Source: Octopus vulgaris (lineage: Eukaryota). From it: 64,000 nucleotides of DNA. Positions 12,227 through 25,043 of the stretch are shown here, piece after piece. The translations under genes were made by a program, and so were the position numbers. The stretch spans positions 21,762,001-21,826,000 of the forward strand of contig OX597834.1 in NCBI GenBank assembly GCA_951406725.2, read 5' to 3'. The notes beneath the pieces were generated by a model. The model was given only the letters and a program-made list of their open reading frames with translations. It was not told the origin of the DNA and did not search any database. The stretch's first letter is position 1, and every line of letters starts with the position of its first letter.

Positions 12227-13039
12227 CTTGTCTTAGCATAGAAAAACAGACATTAAGTGAAATGATATATAAACACACACACACATACACGTACATACTT
12301 ACACACACAAATACACACTCACACAAACATGTGCTCACTCATGCACACAACCACAAATACACTCATACACACACATACATACACACACATACATACACAC
12401 ATGTATACACTCACACATACATATATACACTCATACACACACGTACACATACACACTCACAGACATACACATAAACATACACACATACACACACACGTAC
12501 ACACTGGTACACACATACACACACACATGCATAAACATACATACACACACACTCATACACATGTACACACATACACACATGTACACAGATACACACATGT
12601 ACACACACACACACACACATGCATTTAGTTTTTTTTCCCCATTGCAATTCCAAATTTGTATTTTTTGTCTCCTACTTGTTACAGTCATTGGACTGCAGCC
12701 ATACTGGAGCACTGTTCATTTACAGAATTTTAAATAAGCATTTCAACGCTTAAGCACAAGACTAGAATTTTAAGGAAAAATTTTACCCTTTTTTTTGTCT
12801 GTTTGTATCCCATAAAAATAAATGTTTCCCCCTGATTATTTAATGTCAAAGTAGTAATGTGTTTAACAATGTTTACGATCTCCAAAAGCTTAACAGTACA
12901 AATCGTGGTGGTGGTGGTGGTGGTGGTCATGGCAGGATTGGAGTCATAAGGCTAAGATGTTAATTATAAATGAAAGTGTGCAGAATAAAAGTCTTAATTT
13001 GTCAGCCCAGAAGCACAGATGTACAAAAATAAAATGGGG

Positions 13040-13590
13040 AGGAGATCGAGAGAGAGCAAGGGAAAAGAGAGTAAGGGAGAGGGAGAGGGAGAGAGCAAGA
13101 GATAGACAGAGAGAAGGGAGAGAGAGATCAAGGGAAAGAGAGAGCAAAGGAGAGAGAGGGAGAGGGAGAGAGCAAAGGAGAGAGAGGGAGAGGGAGAGAG
13201 CAAAGGAGAGAGAGGGAGAGGGAGAGAGCAAGGGAAAAGAGAGCAAAGGAGAGGGAGAGGGAGAGAGCAAGAGATAGACAGAGAGAAGGGAGAGGGAGAG
13301 ATCAAGGGAAAGAGAGAGCAAAGGAGAGAGGGAGAGAGCAAGGGAGAAAGAAAGAAGAGGAGCAAGAAAAGGTGGGGAGACAAGAGAGAAGAGACACAGA
13401 GAGAGAGACACAAAGTAATAAAAAGAGGTAGGGAGGCAAAGAGAGAGAGAGAGAGAGAGAAAAATCAAGAGATAGGGAGAGAGCAAGAAAGAAACAGAGA
13501 GAAAGAGAGAGAAAACAAGAGAGAGAGAGAGAGAAAAAGAGAGAGAGAGAAAGAGAGAGACAAAGAGAAAAAGAGAGAAAGACAGACAGT
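13040..13590. repeat. Polypurine (GA)-rich tract with higher-order repeats of 'gagagcaaaggagagagagggagagg'
   Basis: Direct reading; about 550 bp, almost purely purine on the + strand. Confidence 0.9.
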
Positions 13591-13992
13591 GTATAAAATT
13601 TGTGTATGTTATTATTTATTTATATCTCCACCCCCATCTTGCCCTCTTGTTATTTGACTTCATCTGATAATCATTAGTCCCTGATAATTACAAGATTATA
13701 ATCTCATCATGTTTAGATTCCTATAATCTCCCACATTCACTAGATTTGGCTGAAATCTCCTCAGAGACTCTACAGGTTTTTTTTTTTATTTCTTTTGTTT
13801 CTTTTTAAGTACTTTACGTTTTATGTTCTTTTTCAAAATTGTCACTAGTTTCCTTCTTAGAGGTTTGATAGGTGTTAACCCCAGATGCTTTTTGTAATTT
13901 TTTGGGGTGTGTGTGTGTGTGTGTGTGTGTGCTGTAACTCATCCTTCAATATTGTCCTCTATGTCTTGGGCCCTTGTGGCCAATAAAAGAAA

Positions 13993-14023
<31 letters not shown>

Positions 14024-14244
14024 ACACATATGTACACACATACACACTCACAGACACACTTGTACACACATACACACACACACATACATATACACACTCA
14101 TACACACACGTACACATACACACAGACACATGCATACACACACATAAACATACACACACACACATGTACACACAGGTACACACTAACACACACACTCATA
14201 CACATATGTACACATATACACACTCACAGACATTTTTATTATTA

Positions 14245-14276
<32 letters not shown>

Positions 14277-14637
14277 GTTATCATAGACATCACACAGCAT
14301 ACAATATTGTGAGGTTGTTGATTGAAGACATTGTGTCTACCGGGGGAGGGGGGTTGTACTGTTTGTCAAGTCACAATAATTTCATTTATTTGCCACAAGA
14401 GCAAAGGACGAGGGGGGGACAATGGAAAGACAGACATAAAGTGTGGTGGGGGTTTACCTATAATAATGAAATGATAAGAAGAAAAGGTGGTGAGCTGGCA
14501 GAATCATTAGCTCACCGGGAGAAGAAACTTGCTCAATGTGGTGTAAGGTGGGACTGAACCCACAACTGGATACATTGTGAAGTAAGCTTCTTAACCTCAC
14601 AGCCAAACCTGTTCCAATATATCTGTGTATCTGTCTG

Positions 14638-14668
<31 letters not shown>

Positions 14669-14762
14669 AAATATTTATCTAACTATCTATCTACGTATCC
14701 ACCTGTTTACATGTAGATATACATATATATATACATATATATATATACATATATATATATAC

Positions 14763-14837
<75 letters not shown>

Positions 14838-14854
14838 TATACATATATATATAT

Positions 14855-14904
<50 letters not shown>

Positions 14905-15228
14905 TACACATGGATATGCTGCACCATATATTTTCTGTCTCTGCTGTGATTTATTCCAAGAAAATTGGTAAAGAATAAAAGAAAGAGGATGAAGGAATAT
15001 ATAAAAGGAAAAAAGAAAACAATATGAAGAATGTGGAAACAAGAAAACAACAACAACAAAACTGTAAAGAGACATCTAATGTCCACGGATGTTCCATATA
15101 GTAATGTGTCAATATTGAAATATCTCGAGAAAATAGCAGCAGAGTAATAAATATAGGTCTTTGACTCTTTTACACTATGAATGGGTTCCACATATGTGTG
15201 TGTGTGTGCGTTTGCATGTGTGTATATG

Positions 15229-15278
<50 letters not shown>

Positions 15279-15910
15279 TGCATGTGCATGTGTATATATA
15301 CATATATATATAATATGTGTGTGTGTGTGTGTGTATTGAGAGTTATATATATATATACATAAATTCATAGATTTATGCGTGTGTGTGTGTGCATGTGTGT
15401 ATATATATGTGTGTGTGTATGTGTGCTTGCATGTGTATGTATATATATATATATAAATGTGTGTGTGTGTGTGTGTGTATGTCTGTGTGTGTGTAGCTTC
15501 ATAGATTTATGTGTGTGCGTGTGTGTTTGAAGAATTGTCCATTCCAACAGAGTCTTCGATACAGGAGAGTGTAATATTTTTCCTGTAATTTGGGTTTTCA
15601 TGTTTGGTCTGTCCAGTCCCTGTATTATTTAAGGCATCTAGGTAAATGGCTCAAAGAAAAAAAAAAACAAAAACAAAACAACCCAATCACTTAATGCGCC
15701 AATAACGGTCATTCTTGTTGTTTGCTCTGTGAATTTTACGCAACCATTCATTGTGTAGCTTCGAAAGTTTGTCATAAACCATGAGAGCCATGCATAATCT
15801 TTTGTGATCTTTAAGAATAGTGTTCTTCGATCAATACAACCCAATAAATCGCAGTCACGTCTGACTGTTTTTGCCTGTAGAAAATATGTTGTTTTGCCTG
15901 ATACATACAC

Positions 15911-16015
<105 letters not shown>

Positions 16016-16133
16016 TATGTGTATATGGATACATACATACATATATATATATGTATATACACACATCCATACATACATGCACACAAACATGAGTGCCTGT
16101 GCATGTTGATGAGTCGGTATGTATGTGTATATA

Positions 16134-16164
<31 letters not shown>

Positions 16165-17037
16165 GAATATACATGTATAAATATTCGTGTGTGTGTGTGT
16201 GTAAATGTATGTGTATATAAATATGCATATGCACACACACACACACACACACACACATACATACAGAAGGAGGGTGATGACAGAGGAAGGTAGAGATGTA
16301 AATTGAGAGAGAAGAGGGAGGAGGGGAGGGAGGAAAGGACGAAGGAAAAAAGACAAAAAAAGACTAAGTGTGCACATGTGGTGTGGGTGTGGGTGTGGAG
16401 ATGTCTGAAGTGACCAGTGGCCAAGAATTGTAATTTGTACAGTTCATATGACATAAATAAACTGAAGATATGACCAATGAGTTACAAAAAAAAAAAAAAA
16501 AAAACTTTCAGTGATTCCCATTCTTTAGTTTATTGTAAAGAAAGGAAAGAAATCATGGCTGATGTGTGTGGGAGAAGAGCGAGAGAGAGAGATACAGAGG
16601 CAGAGTTAAGGTCGTTTCACAATATTATTTATAAGAATAGCTGCTTTATGATCACATTTTCCATCTCCTTCCTGACTCACAAGAAAGTATGAAACTAATC
16701 TGAATGGTTCTTTATGGTTCTTTATTTATTATCATTGTATTTGCCAACCATGAGATTTCAAGTTCCGTCCCACTGCATGGTACCTTGGGCAAGCTTCTTC
16801 CACTAAAGCTCTGGATCAATACCAGACCCTTATATAATAAAAGTAATAATTTTAAACCCGGGTATACACCCTGTAGTATGTATCTCACCCGTGAGGTACC
16901 TATGTACAATAGGTCAAAATGATCACAGCCAATAATAAAGTCATGTGAATCCTATTTTCTTTCTCTTATATACATACATATATATACTTGGAAATGGATG
17001 TGTCATGTTCAATTAAATTGTAAATAATAAATGACAC

Positions 17038-17070
<33 letters not shown>

Positions 17071-17072
<2 letters not shown>

Positions 17073-17372
17073 AGGCACAATGGCCCAATGGTTAGGGCAG
17101 TGGACTTGTGGTCGTAGGATCGCGGTTTCAATTCCCAGACCGGGTGTTGTGAGTGCTTATTGAGCGGAAACACCTAAAGTTCCACGAGGCTCTGGCAGGG
17201 GATGGTGGCGATCCCTGCTGTACTCTTTCGTCGCAACTTTCTCTCACTCTTTCTTCTGTTGGCCTGCTCACTTAGCCAGCGGGGTGGCATCATTTGAGGG
17301 CTAAAACAATGCGAAGCGCATTGTGACCAGCGATGTGTAGCAGCATCTGATAGCCTGGTCGGTCACGGTGAT
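17071..17372 (+). mobile_element. tRNA-headed SINE family D, full length, inserted in (AT)n
   Basis: tggcccaatggttagggca A-box, ggtttcaattccc B-box, GC-rich body, (AT)n on both sides. Confidence 0.75.
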
Positions 17373-17387
17373 ATATATATATATATA

Positions 17388-17643
17388 TACATGCATATAT
17401 GGGTACAGGACGTCACCAATGGTGCAAATAACATGAAATATGTAAACAAATGAGTGAAATACATAAACAAGAAAAAAGGGAAAACAGGACAAGTAAACAC
17501 AGAAAAAGGACCCTAGACAGCTGACAACTGATGAAGGGTCCTTTCCCTGTGTTTACTTGTCCTGTTTTCCATTTTTTCTCATTATTTATGTATTTCATGT
17601 TATTTGCACCATTGGTGACATCTTGTACCCATATATGCATGTA
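17388..17643. repeat. Long inverted repeat (~110-125 bp arms) with CTGATGA in the 20-nt loop
   Basis: tacatgcatatatgggtacaggacgtcaccaatggtgcaaataacatgaaata...aaggaccct mirrors agggtcctt...gtacccatatatgcatgta; loop 17515-17534 reads agacagctgacaactgatga. Confidence 0.9.
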
Positions 17644-17930
17644 TGTATATATATATATATATGAATGACTATATATATGTGTATGTGTGTATTTATATAC
17701 GTGTGTATGTGTATGTGTATATATATAAATGGATATATGAGTGTGTATATATATGTAGAGAGAAAGAGAGAGAGAGATGTATGTGTGTATATATATACAT
17801 ACATACATTCATACATACATATACACCAGTTGTTGAGTGTCCCACCCATGATGAATCGATGATAGATGTGTCGAAACAATTGTCGTGATAAATAATAAAT
17901 TCTCGTATATTCCATCTTCCGTCTTTCATT

Positions 17931-17978
<48 letters not shown>

Positions 17979-18820
17979 GTATATATATCCATATATATGT
18001 GTGTGTGTGTGAATAAATAGATAAATGTTTTAAGTAGATGAGGATCCAATGAAATTTGACAAAATTCTGAAAATATAAGGAAGCTTAGAAAGTAGAAAGC
18101 AAAATTCTTATGGAAAGAATTTTGGAATCAACAAGAATATTGGCAGAAAGAATTAAAGAGAAAATACCAGGAAAGATGAGATGACGGAATTGGTTTACAT
18201 GACGTTAAATAAAGAAATTTTAGATTATATTTGGTTTTGGTTTAAAAATTGTATTTTATTTTTATTCATAGTTTTATTTTATTTAATTTTTTTAATTTGT
18301 TTTTTTGTTTATACAAATCCTTTAACTGTGTTTGGAAATGATTTAAATGTAATATCATCGCTTTAGGAGGAGGAAAAGATGAAGATGGTATTGTTGATGA
18401 CAAATTGATGGTGATAACAAAGACACTGATGATGACGATGATGATGGTAACAGTGGTGGTAATGGTGGTGGTTTTTCCCTAACATCGATGGCACTGATGG
18501 TGTCTGTGGTGATGATGATGATGTTGAGAATAACAATGGTAGTGGTAATGATGAAGATGATGATGATGATGATTATTATTATCATTATCATTGTCATCAT
18601 CATGGTTGCTTTGAAGCGCATGATAACGAATATGATACTGATGAGGATGTTGATAGTAACACTGAAGTAAACTGATATTGTTAATTGTGGTAGAAGTGGT
18701 GATGTGGTGGTGGTGGATGTTTTGGTGGTGGCAGTAGTGATGATGGTGTTTGTGGTGGTTAATGGAAGTGATATTCATTTTTAAATTTGATACATTTCAG
18801 AATAACTTCTTTGAAACAAA

Positions 18821-19320
18821 TCCCACCCCATCAACACAAAGCCCACCCCATCAACACAAAGCCCACCCCATCAACACAAAGCCCACACCATCAACACAAA
18901 GCCCATACCATCAACACAAAGCCCACCCCATCAACACAAAGCCCATACCATCAACACAAAGCCCATACCATCAACACAAAGCCCATACCATCAGCACAAA
19001 GCCCACCCCATCAACACAAAGCCCATACCATCAGCACAAAGCCCATACCATCAACACAAAGCCCATACCATCAACACAAAGCCTACACCATCAACACAAA
19101 GCCCATACCATCAACACAAAGCCCATACCATCAACACAAAGCCCATACCATCAACACAAAGCCCACCCCATCAACACAAAGCCTACACCATCAACACAAA
19201 GCCCATACCATCAACACAAAGCCCATACCATCAGCACAAAGCCCATACCATCAACACAAAGCCCATACCATCAGCACAAAGCCCATACCATCAACACAAA
19301 ACTCACCCCATCAACACAAA
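18821..19320. repeat. Minisatellite, 25 copies of a 20-bp unit (gcccataccatcaacacaaa)
   Basis: Exact 20-bp period visible across lines 18841-19261, with only a few variant positions. Confidence 0.97.
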
Positions 19321-19467
19321 GCACTCATTACCCTCTGTAAAGTGGTCAGTGTTAGGAAAGGCATCCATCTGTAGAAACCAAATCAAAGCCATCAGTGGAG
19401 CTTGGTACAGTCCTCTGGTTTGACAGATCTTACCAAGCCACTCCACCCATGCCAAATTGGAAAACAG
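19318..19467 (+). mobile_element. Degenerate RTE 3'UTR-family tail
   Basis: ctctgtaaagtggtcagtgttaggaaaggcatccatctgtagaaacc...acccatgccaaattggaaaacag is homologous to 52545-52690. Confidence 0.7.
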
Positions 19468-20267
19468 TTTATCTTATCGACCCTGAAAGGATGAAAGGCA
19501 AAACTGACCTCAGTGCCATTTGATCTCAGAACATAACGTCCGAAGAAATGTCACCAAGCATTTACTTCCAAAATGGTCACGATTCTGCCAACCTGATGTC
19601 TTAGAGTGTTACATACTTCAATGCAGCAAAAAGCCGTTTTTCATGAATATGCTCTGTTAAAATCAGGATGCATCGAATATGGTCCCACATCTTTTATGCC
19701 ATCAAATATGATAATTGCGACCTGTTTGGTCTGAAGAACATTGTTAGAGTCAAAGACACCAGGGAATGGAAGACAGGGAGTGTGAAGGTGGCATGTAGGA
19801 GAATGGTTGGGAGGTGGAGAGGTTGTTTCTGGATGGTTGGCATGGAGATAGAAAAGACCAAGAATAAACAAACAAATAGAATAATAAAAATAAAATAAAT
19901 AACAATAATTCTTTTTTTTGTTTTTGTTGTTGTTGTTTTGGAGAGAGAGAGAAGATCAGAAGATTAAAGATGATGCGTCTCACATGAAAATAGAAGGAAA
20001 TGATCAAAGTTAAAAAATATAATTTATTGACTGTTAATTACAGTAATTATCAATTAACGAAGGGCAGTAATAAATTGACGGAAAGCTGATGTGGATTGGG
20101 AGGGAATCGGTAGAGCGACAGACTAAATGCCATGTGCTGTTGCTGTGTAGGTCATGACCTCATAAATATTTGGTTAGAAACAAGCAAAAATAACATAGTC
20201 CCCTTCCCCTCAAACATTAGGGGTAATGTTATTAGGGCAGACTAAACCGTGAGATTTATATCATATA

Positions 20268-20423
20268 CATGGCTGTTTGGGGTTAAGAAGCTTCCTTTGC
20301 AACCACACGGTTTCAAGTTCAGTCCCACTGTGTAGCATCTTGGACAAATATCTTCAACTCTAGACCCTGGCCGAGAAAAACTTGTGAGTGGATTTGGTAG
20401 AAAGAAACTGTGTTGAAGCCTGT

Positions 20424-20425
<2 letters not shown>
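20268..20425 (+). mobile_element. SINE family A, 5' half
   Basis: caaccacacggtttcaagttcagtcccactg...cttgtgagtggatttggtaga. Confidence 0.75.
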
Positions 20426-20461
<36 letters not shown>

Positions 20462-20525
20462 GGACGCCATGATTGATCGTTAGCTCCTACACATCATTTT
20501 TTCTCTCCTTGTTTTTTTCTGTGTA

Positions 20526-20563
20526 TCTTTCTGTCGAAGAGCATAGGCTCGAAACGTAAAAGA
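20526..20563 (+). ncRNA. Minimal type I hammerhead-like motif (A6U variant) in a ~200-bp element (~20460-20660)
   Basis: Stem I tcttt/aaaga; core CTGTCGA (20531-20537); extra A; perfect stem II gagc-atag-gctc; GAAA-CG-TA (palindrome ACGT, GUA triplet). Degenerate relative at 36291-36330 with core CTGTTGA. Confidence 0.6.
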
Positions 20564-20656
20564 CTTTCTCTATTTCTATTCCTGAGTGCCATACTAATAC
20601 GTTTGTTTGTACTCCACCTGCCTTCGTTTTTTGTTTATTTTCGTAAACCTTCCCGT

Positions 20657-20711
<55 letters not shown>

Positions 20712-20751
20712 GTATATATATGTATGTATATATATGTGTATATATATGAAA

Positions 20752-21165
20752 AGCAAAACCCGTCAAAGGGCGGAGGAACTCTTGAGAGTCAACGGCCATC
20801 CAATAAATGTCTTATGGCTGTATCATGTGCGGGGACATAATAATAATCGGACTGAATACCTGATCGCGCGGTTAAACCATTGGGAGTGAAGGACTCCTAG
20901 CTTTTGTTAGGGCATACTTCTAGGAGAAGGTAACTCAGGTAACTGGGATAACTCCGACATAAAACCTGCGGCTCAATGGTTACCGATGATCTTGACTTGC
21001 TCTTCTTTTCGGATTATGGCTGCTGTTGCTTAGTGAGTGGGATTGATTCAGTGCACAGCCTTTCCTCACTTTAAAAAAAAATCTTCTTGCACAGGCATTG
21101 CACGATAACAACATTGATTAAGCTTCGTGCAATGGCCATACTCAATAACGAGGGGGCAGCCACCA
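20752..21165 (+). mobile_element. GC-richer ~410-bp insertion in (AT)n, probable non-autonomous RTE-related element
   Basis: Sharp boundaries with (AT)n; the 'ctaggagaaggtaactc...aaaacc' motif recalls RTE 5'UTRs (from memory, not verified); hairpin cattgcacga/tcgtgcaatg. Confidence 0.5.
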
Positions 21166-21829
21166 TATATATATATATATGTGTGTGTGTGTATATACAT
21201 ATATATATGCATAGATATAATCATGACCATCTTCAGTCTCGTAATTTAGAATATCATCATCATCACTATAATTATTGCAATTACATTAATGGTAAGTCAA
21301 TATTATTTGAATTTTATTCAGGAATCAAATTAAAATTCATTCACGTTGGTGTTAGGAAATAGCTGCCTCTAATGTTGAGCTTTCTACAAACATCATTACC
21401 TACCTCCACCTGCCTTTCTCATCTCCCACTCACCTCCTCTTCTTCCTCCCTCCCTCCCATCATGACCACCACTGCCAATATAGGTGGTAGTAGTAATGCT
21501 ATATTGTTGTTCTATATTGAAGATTTAATTAACAATTAACATTTAGTTCCACATACAACATTATTATTATTATTTTTATTATTATTATTATTATTTTATC
21601 ATCATCATCATCATTATGCTAAATACTCTCCACTGTCCTTCTATTATTATCAAATTGTAGGTCTTTGTTTTTCTCCCTCTTACCTTTCTTTTTATTTCTC
21701 CTAACATATATATATATATTTATATATATATATACACATGCACACACACACATACAGGTGTCTATCTCAATATATATATATATACATATATATCTATATA
21801 TGTATGTATGTATATATATATATATGATA

Positions 21830-22004
<175 letters not shown>

Positions 22005-23030
22005 GCAGGCTGTCAATATCCCTATATATGTGTGTGTGTGAGTGTGTGTATACAAACACACACACATGTACATATATACATATGTACTTGTATACATCTG
22101 TGTATGCATGTTATATACATCAATATATATTAATACACTCCGACATATACACAATTCGTCTAAATACTGTTTGCAATGAAATTCGATATTGTAAACACAT
22201 GCTCGCAGACAGACAACACAAACAACATCGGAACACTTTCGCATCAGTAAATGTTTAGTAAAATATTAATTAATTAATTAATTAAAGTAAGCTCACCACC
22301 TCCACAATATTTACACAATACGCTTCCTCTGACTACTCTTCTTTATTGTGTCTGTTCCCCACCACCCCCACCACCACCACCACCACCACTAACCACTGCC
22401 TTGGTTGGCACCACTGAAAGGAGGTTTCCCTCTCGTTCTTGTCGCTTCGTTTAATTAAGTAGATAACGAAGTGAAATAAGATTTTTAAATTAAATATCGC
22501 TGCCTTTAATCACTTCCATATCTGTTTCTGCTCTTAACTTATCTCTTCGGAACATCTCAGCAATGACAATGGCAATGATGATGACGATGATGATGACAAT
22601 GATGATGAAGATGATGGTGGTGGTGGTGGCGATGACAATGACGCCAGCAGCGATGACAATGTATGATCTGTTGCTTTGCTTTGCCTTTCCGGTGTTTACG
22701 TTCCCACTAATCTCGTCATCATTGTCATCATCTTTATCATCGTCATCGTCATCGTTATTATTATGAATGCTTTTCTTATTTCCCCACATTATTTTATTTT
22801 TCTACATGAGTGTCTACCTATATCTCTCGCTCTCTTTACATACATACATACATACATATATACATACATGCATGCATACATACATACATATATACATACA
22901 TACATACATACATACATACATACATACAAACATACATACATATATACATAGCTGCCAATCACTGGGGACCATTGAACAATCACATAAATGTGATATATAA
23001 ATATATACATACATATACATATATATACAC

Positions 23031-23097
<67 letters not shown>

Positions 23098-23116
23098 CAT
23101 ATACATATATATATAT

Positions 23117-23175
<59 letters not shown>

Positions 23176-23289
23176 TATAGGCAGATAGGTAGATAATATA
23201 CATATATACATGTGTATGTCATATATATATATACACACACACACATTCATTTGTGTGTATACGTATGTGTATGATTATGTGTGTGTTAG

Positions 23290-23500
23290 TGAAGACACTT
23301 GGCTCAGTGGTTAGAGCATCAGGTTTACAATTAGGAGATTATGAGTTTGATTCCTGGACCAGGCTGTGTTCTGTTCTTAAGCAAAACGCTTTATTTCACA
23401 TTGCTTTAGTTCACTCAGCTGTAGCAATGAGTTTCAATGTCACTGGTACCAAGCTGTATCGGCCCCTTTGCCTTTTCCTTGGACTACATCAGAGGCATTG
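23290..23500 (+). mobile_element. CORE-like SINE family C
   Basis: ggctcagtggttagagcatc...tttatttcacattgctttagttcactcagctgtag...ggtaccaagctgtatcggcccctttg. Confidence 0.8.
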
Positions 23501-23764
23501 ATTACCCTTTTATATATATATTGGATTGTTTTCAAGTATTTTGGTTTTTCTGGGAGTCCCTTTTTAAAGAAGAAGAAATAGCTAACGTTTTTTGGCTGCT
23601 ATTTCTAAACTTCGGTATGTGGTAAGGCAAATCTTTGCTGAACCCTAATTATTAAGTATTACTTAAGTTTACCATGAAATGGTCCTTTTTTCATGCCGAA
23701 TTCTACTTGGTGAAATTATTGATTACTTCTTAATTAATTAATTTTACCCTTTGTTTTATATATA

Positions 23765-23869
<105 letters not shown>

Positions 23870-23871
23870 AT

Positions 23872-24073
23872 TACGGAGATGTACTCGCATAGCAAGTGAT
23901 TTGATCTGAGATCGTGTGCTGAAACGAAAACAATTGCAGCGTGGAAGGTGTTTGTAAGCCATTTAAGAAACACACAAAAGCCATTCAATTCACTTCAACA
24001 TTTAAGTTTAATTTGTCAAAATATTTTCGTCGCTAAAATCCGCGACCTGTTCACTGACAAAAATCCGTGCTGC
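23872..24073 (-). mobile_element. ~200-bp short element carrying a hammerhead-like motif (PLE pseudo-LTR-like), copy 1
   Basis: Near-identical, with the same ends, to 27570-27773; flanked by (AT)n. Confidence 0.85.
24012..24061 (-). ncRNA. Minimal type I hammerhead-ribozyme-like motif, G3-C8 core variant
   Basis: Minus strand: tttgtca-GTGAACA-g-gtcgc-ggatttta-gcgac-GAAA-atat-TT-tgacaaa. Perfect 7-bp stem I, perfect 5-bp stem II, palindrome AATATT, NUH triplet UUU. Confidence 0.7.
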
Positions 24074-24087
24074 ATATATATCTATAT

Positions 24088-24351
24088 ATCATCATCCTCA
24101 TCATCATCTCCGTTTAATATCCACTTTCCTTGCTGGCATGTGTTGAATGGTTTGACTAAGGATTGGCAAGCTAGGGGGCTGCACCAAGCTCCAATCTGAT
24201 CTAGCAAGGTTTCTACACCTGGATGTCCTTCCTAACGCCAACCACTCCAAGAGTATAGTGTGTGCTTTTTACATGCCACTGGCACAGGGGCCAGTCTGTC
24301 GACACTGGCATCACCCACGCTTGAATGGTGATTTTTACATGCCACTGGTGC

Positions 24352-24352
<1 letters not shown>
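24088..24352 (-). mobile_element. RTE 3'UTR-family tail with (GAT)n end
   Basis: Reverse complement of gtggttggcgttaggaagg.catccag.tgtagaaac, with internal tggcatgtaaaaa repeats. Confidence 0.8.
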
Positions 24353-24389
<37 letters not shown>

Positions 24390-24542
24390 AGATAGGGGTT
24401 GAAAATTCAACCCACCATGGGATAACATATATCCAATAATAAAGTATTGATTGGGTATCATCTGATAGTTGATGTTTTATTGATTTAAGTATGTTTCTCC
24501 ATTTTCTAATTTTGTAATATATATAAATATATATATATATAT

Positions 24543-24738
24543 ATTGGGATGGAATGGCTAGAGTTGGAGGCAAGGGGGGTGGTGCTAAATGAGCGGAATT
24601 ATTCAATGGTCCTTCAACATGCCAGTTCAATGTAAAACATTGGTTTTGAACCAATTGTGCTTCTGAACATGCCAATCACTGGGGACCATTGAACAATCAC
24701 GCACACACATACACACACACATATATATATATTTGTAA

Positions 24739-24772
<34 letters not shown>

Positions 24773-25043
24773 ATAAATAAAAAGTGATTCATTGGTTCAT
24801 TAACCAGAGTTTCCCTCTCTCACACACACACACACACAAACACATACACATACATACACACATTTATATGTGATTGTTCAAATGTCCCCAGTGAATGGCA
24901 TGTTCAGAAGTACAATTGGTATGGAACCAGTGTTTTATATTGCACTGGCATGTTGAGGGACCCATTAATAATTCCACTCATTTAGCCACCCTCCTGTCCC
25001 CCCACCCCATCCCCTCCTGTCATTCCATTCCATTCCATTCCAA
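24543..25043. repeat. Diverged inverted pair of a ~160-bp repeat (24543-24700 vs 24868-25043)
   Basis: gctaaatgagcggaattatt...cttctgaacatgccaatcactggggaccattgaacaatcac mirrors gtgattgttcaaatgtccccagtgaatggcatgttcagaag...aataattccactcatttagc. A third fragment lies at 22953-22985. Confidence 0.85.

Noticed and set aside
17845-17890. catgatga...cGAAACAATTGTC followed by AATAAA, hammerhead-like
   Set aside because: Stem III palindrome and GUC are good, but position 3 and stems I and II cannot be paired convincingly; at best a decayed remnant.
18750-19374. Repetitive ~196-aa ORFs (PSTQSPYHQHKAHTINTK)
   Set aside because: Artefact of a stop-free 20-bp minisatellite; the same peptide appears in several frames.
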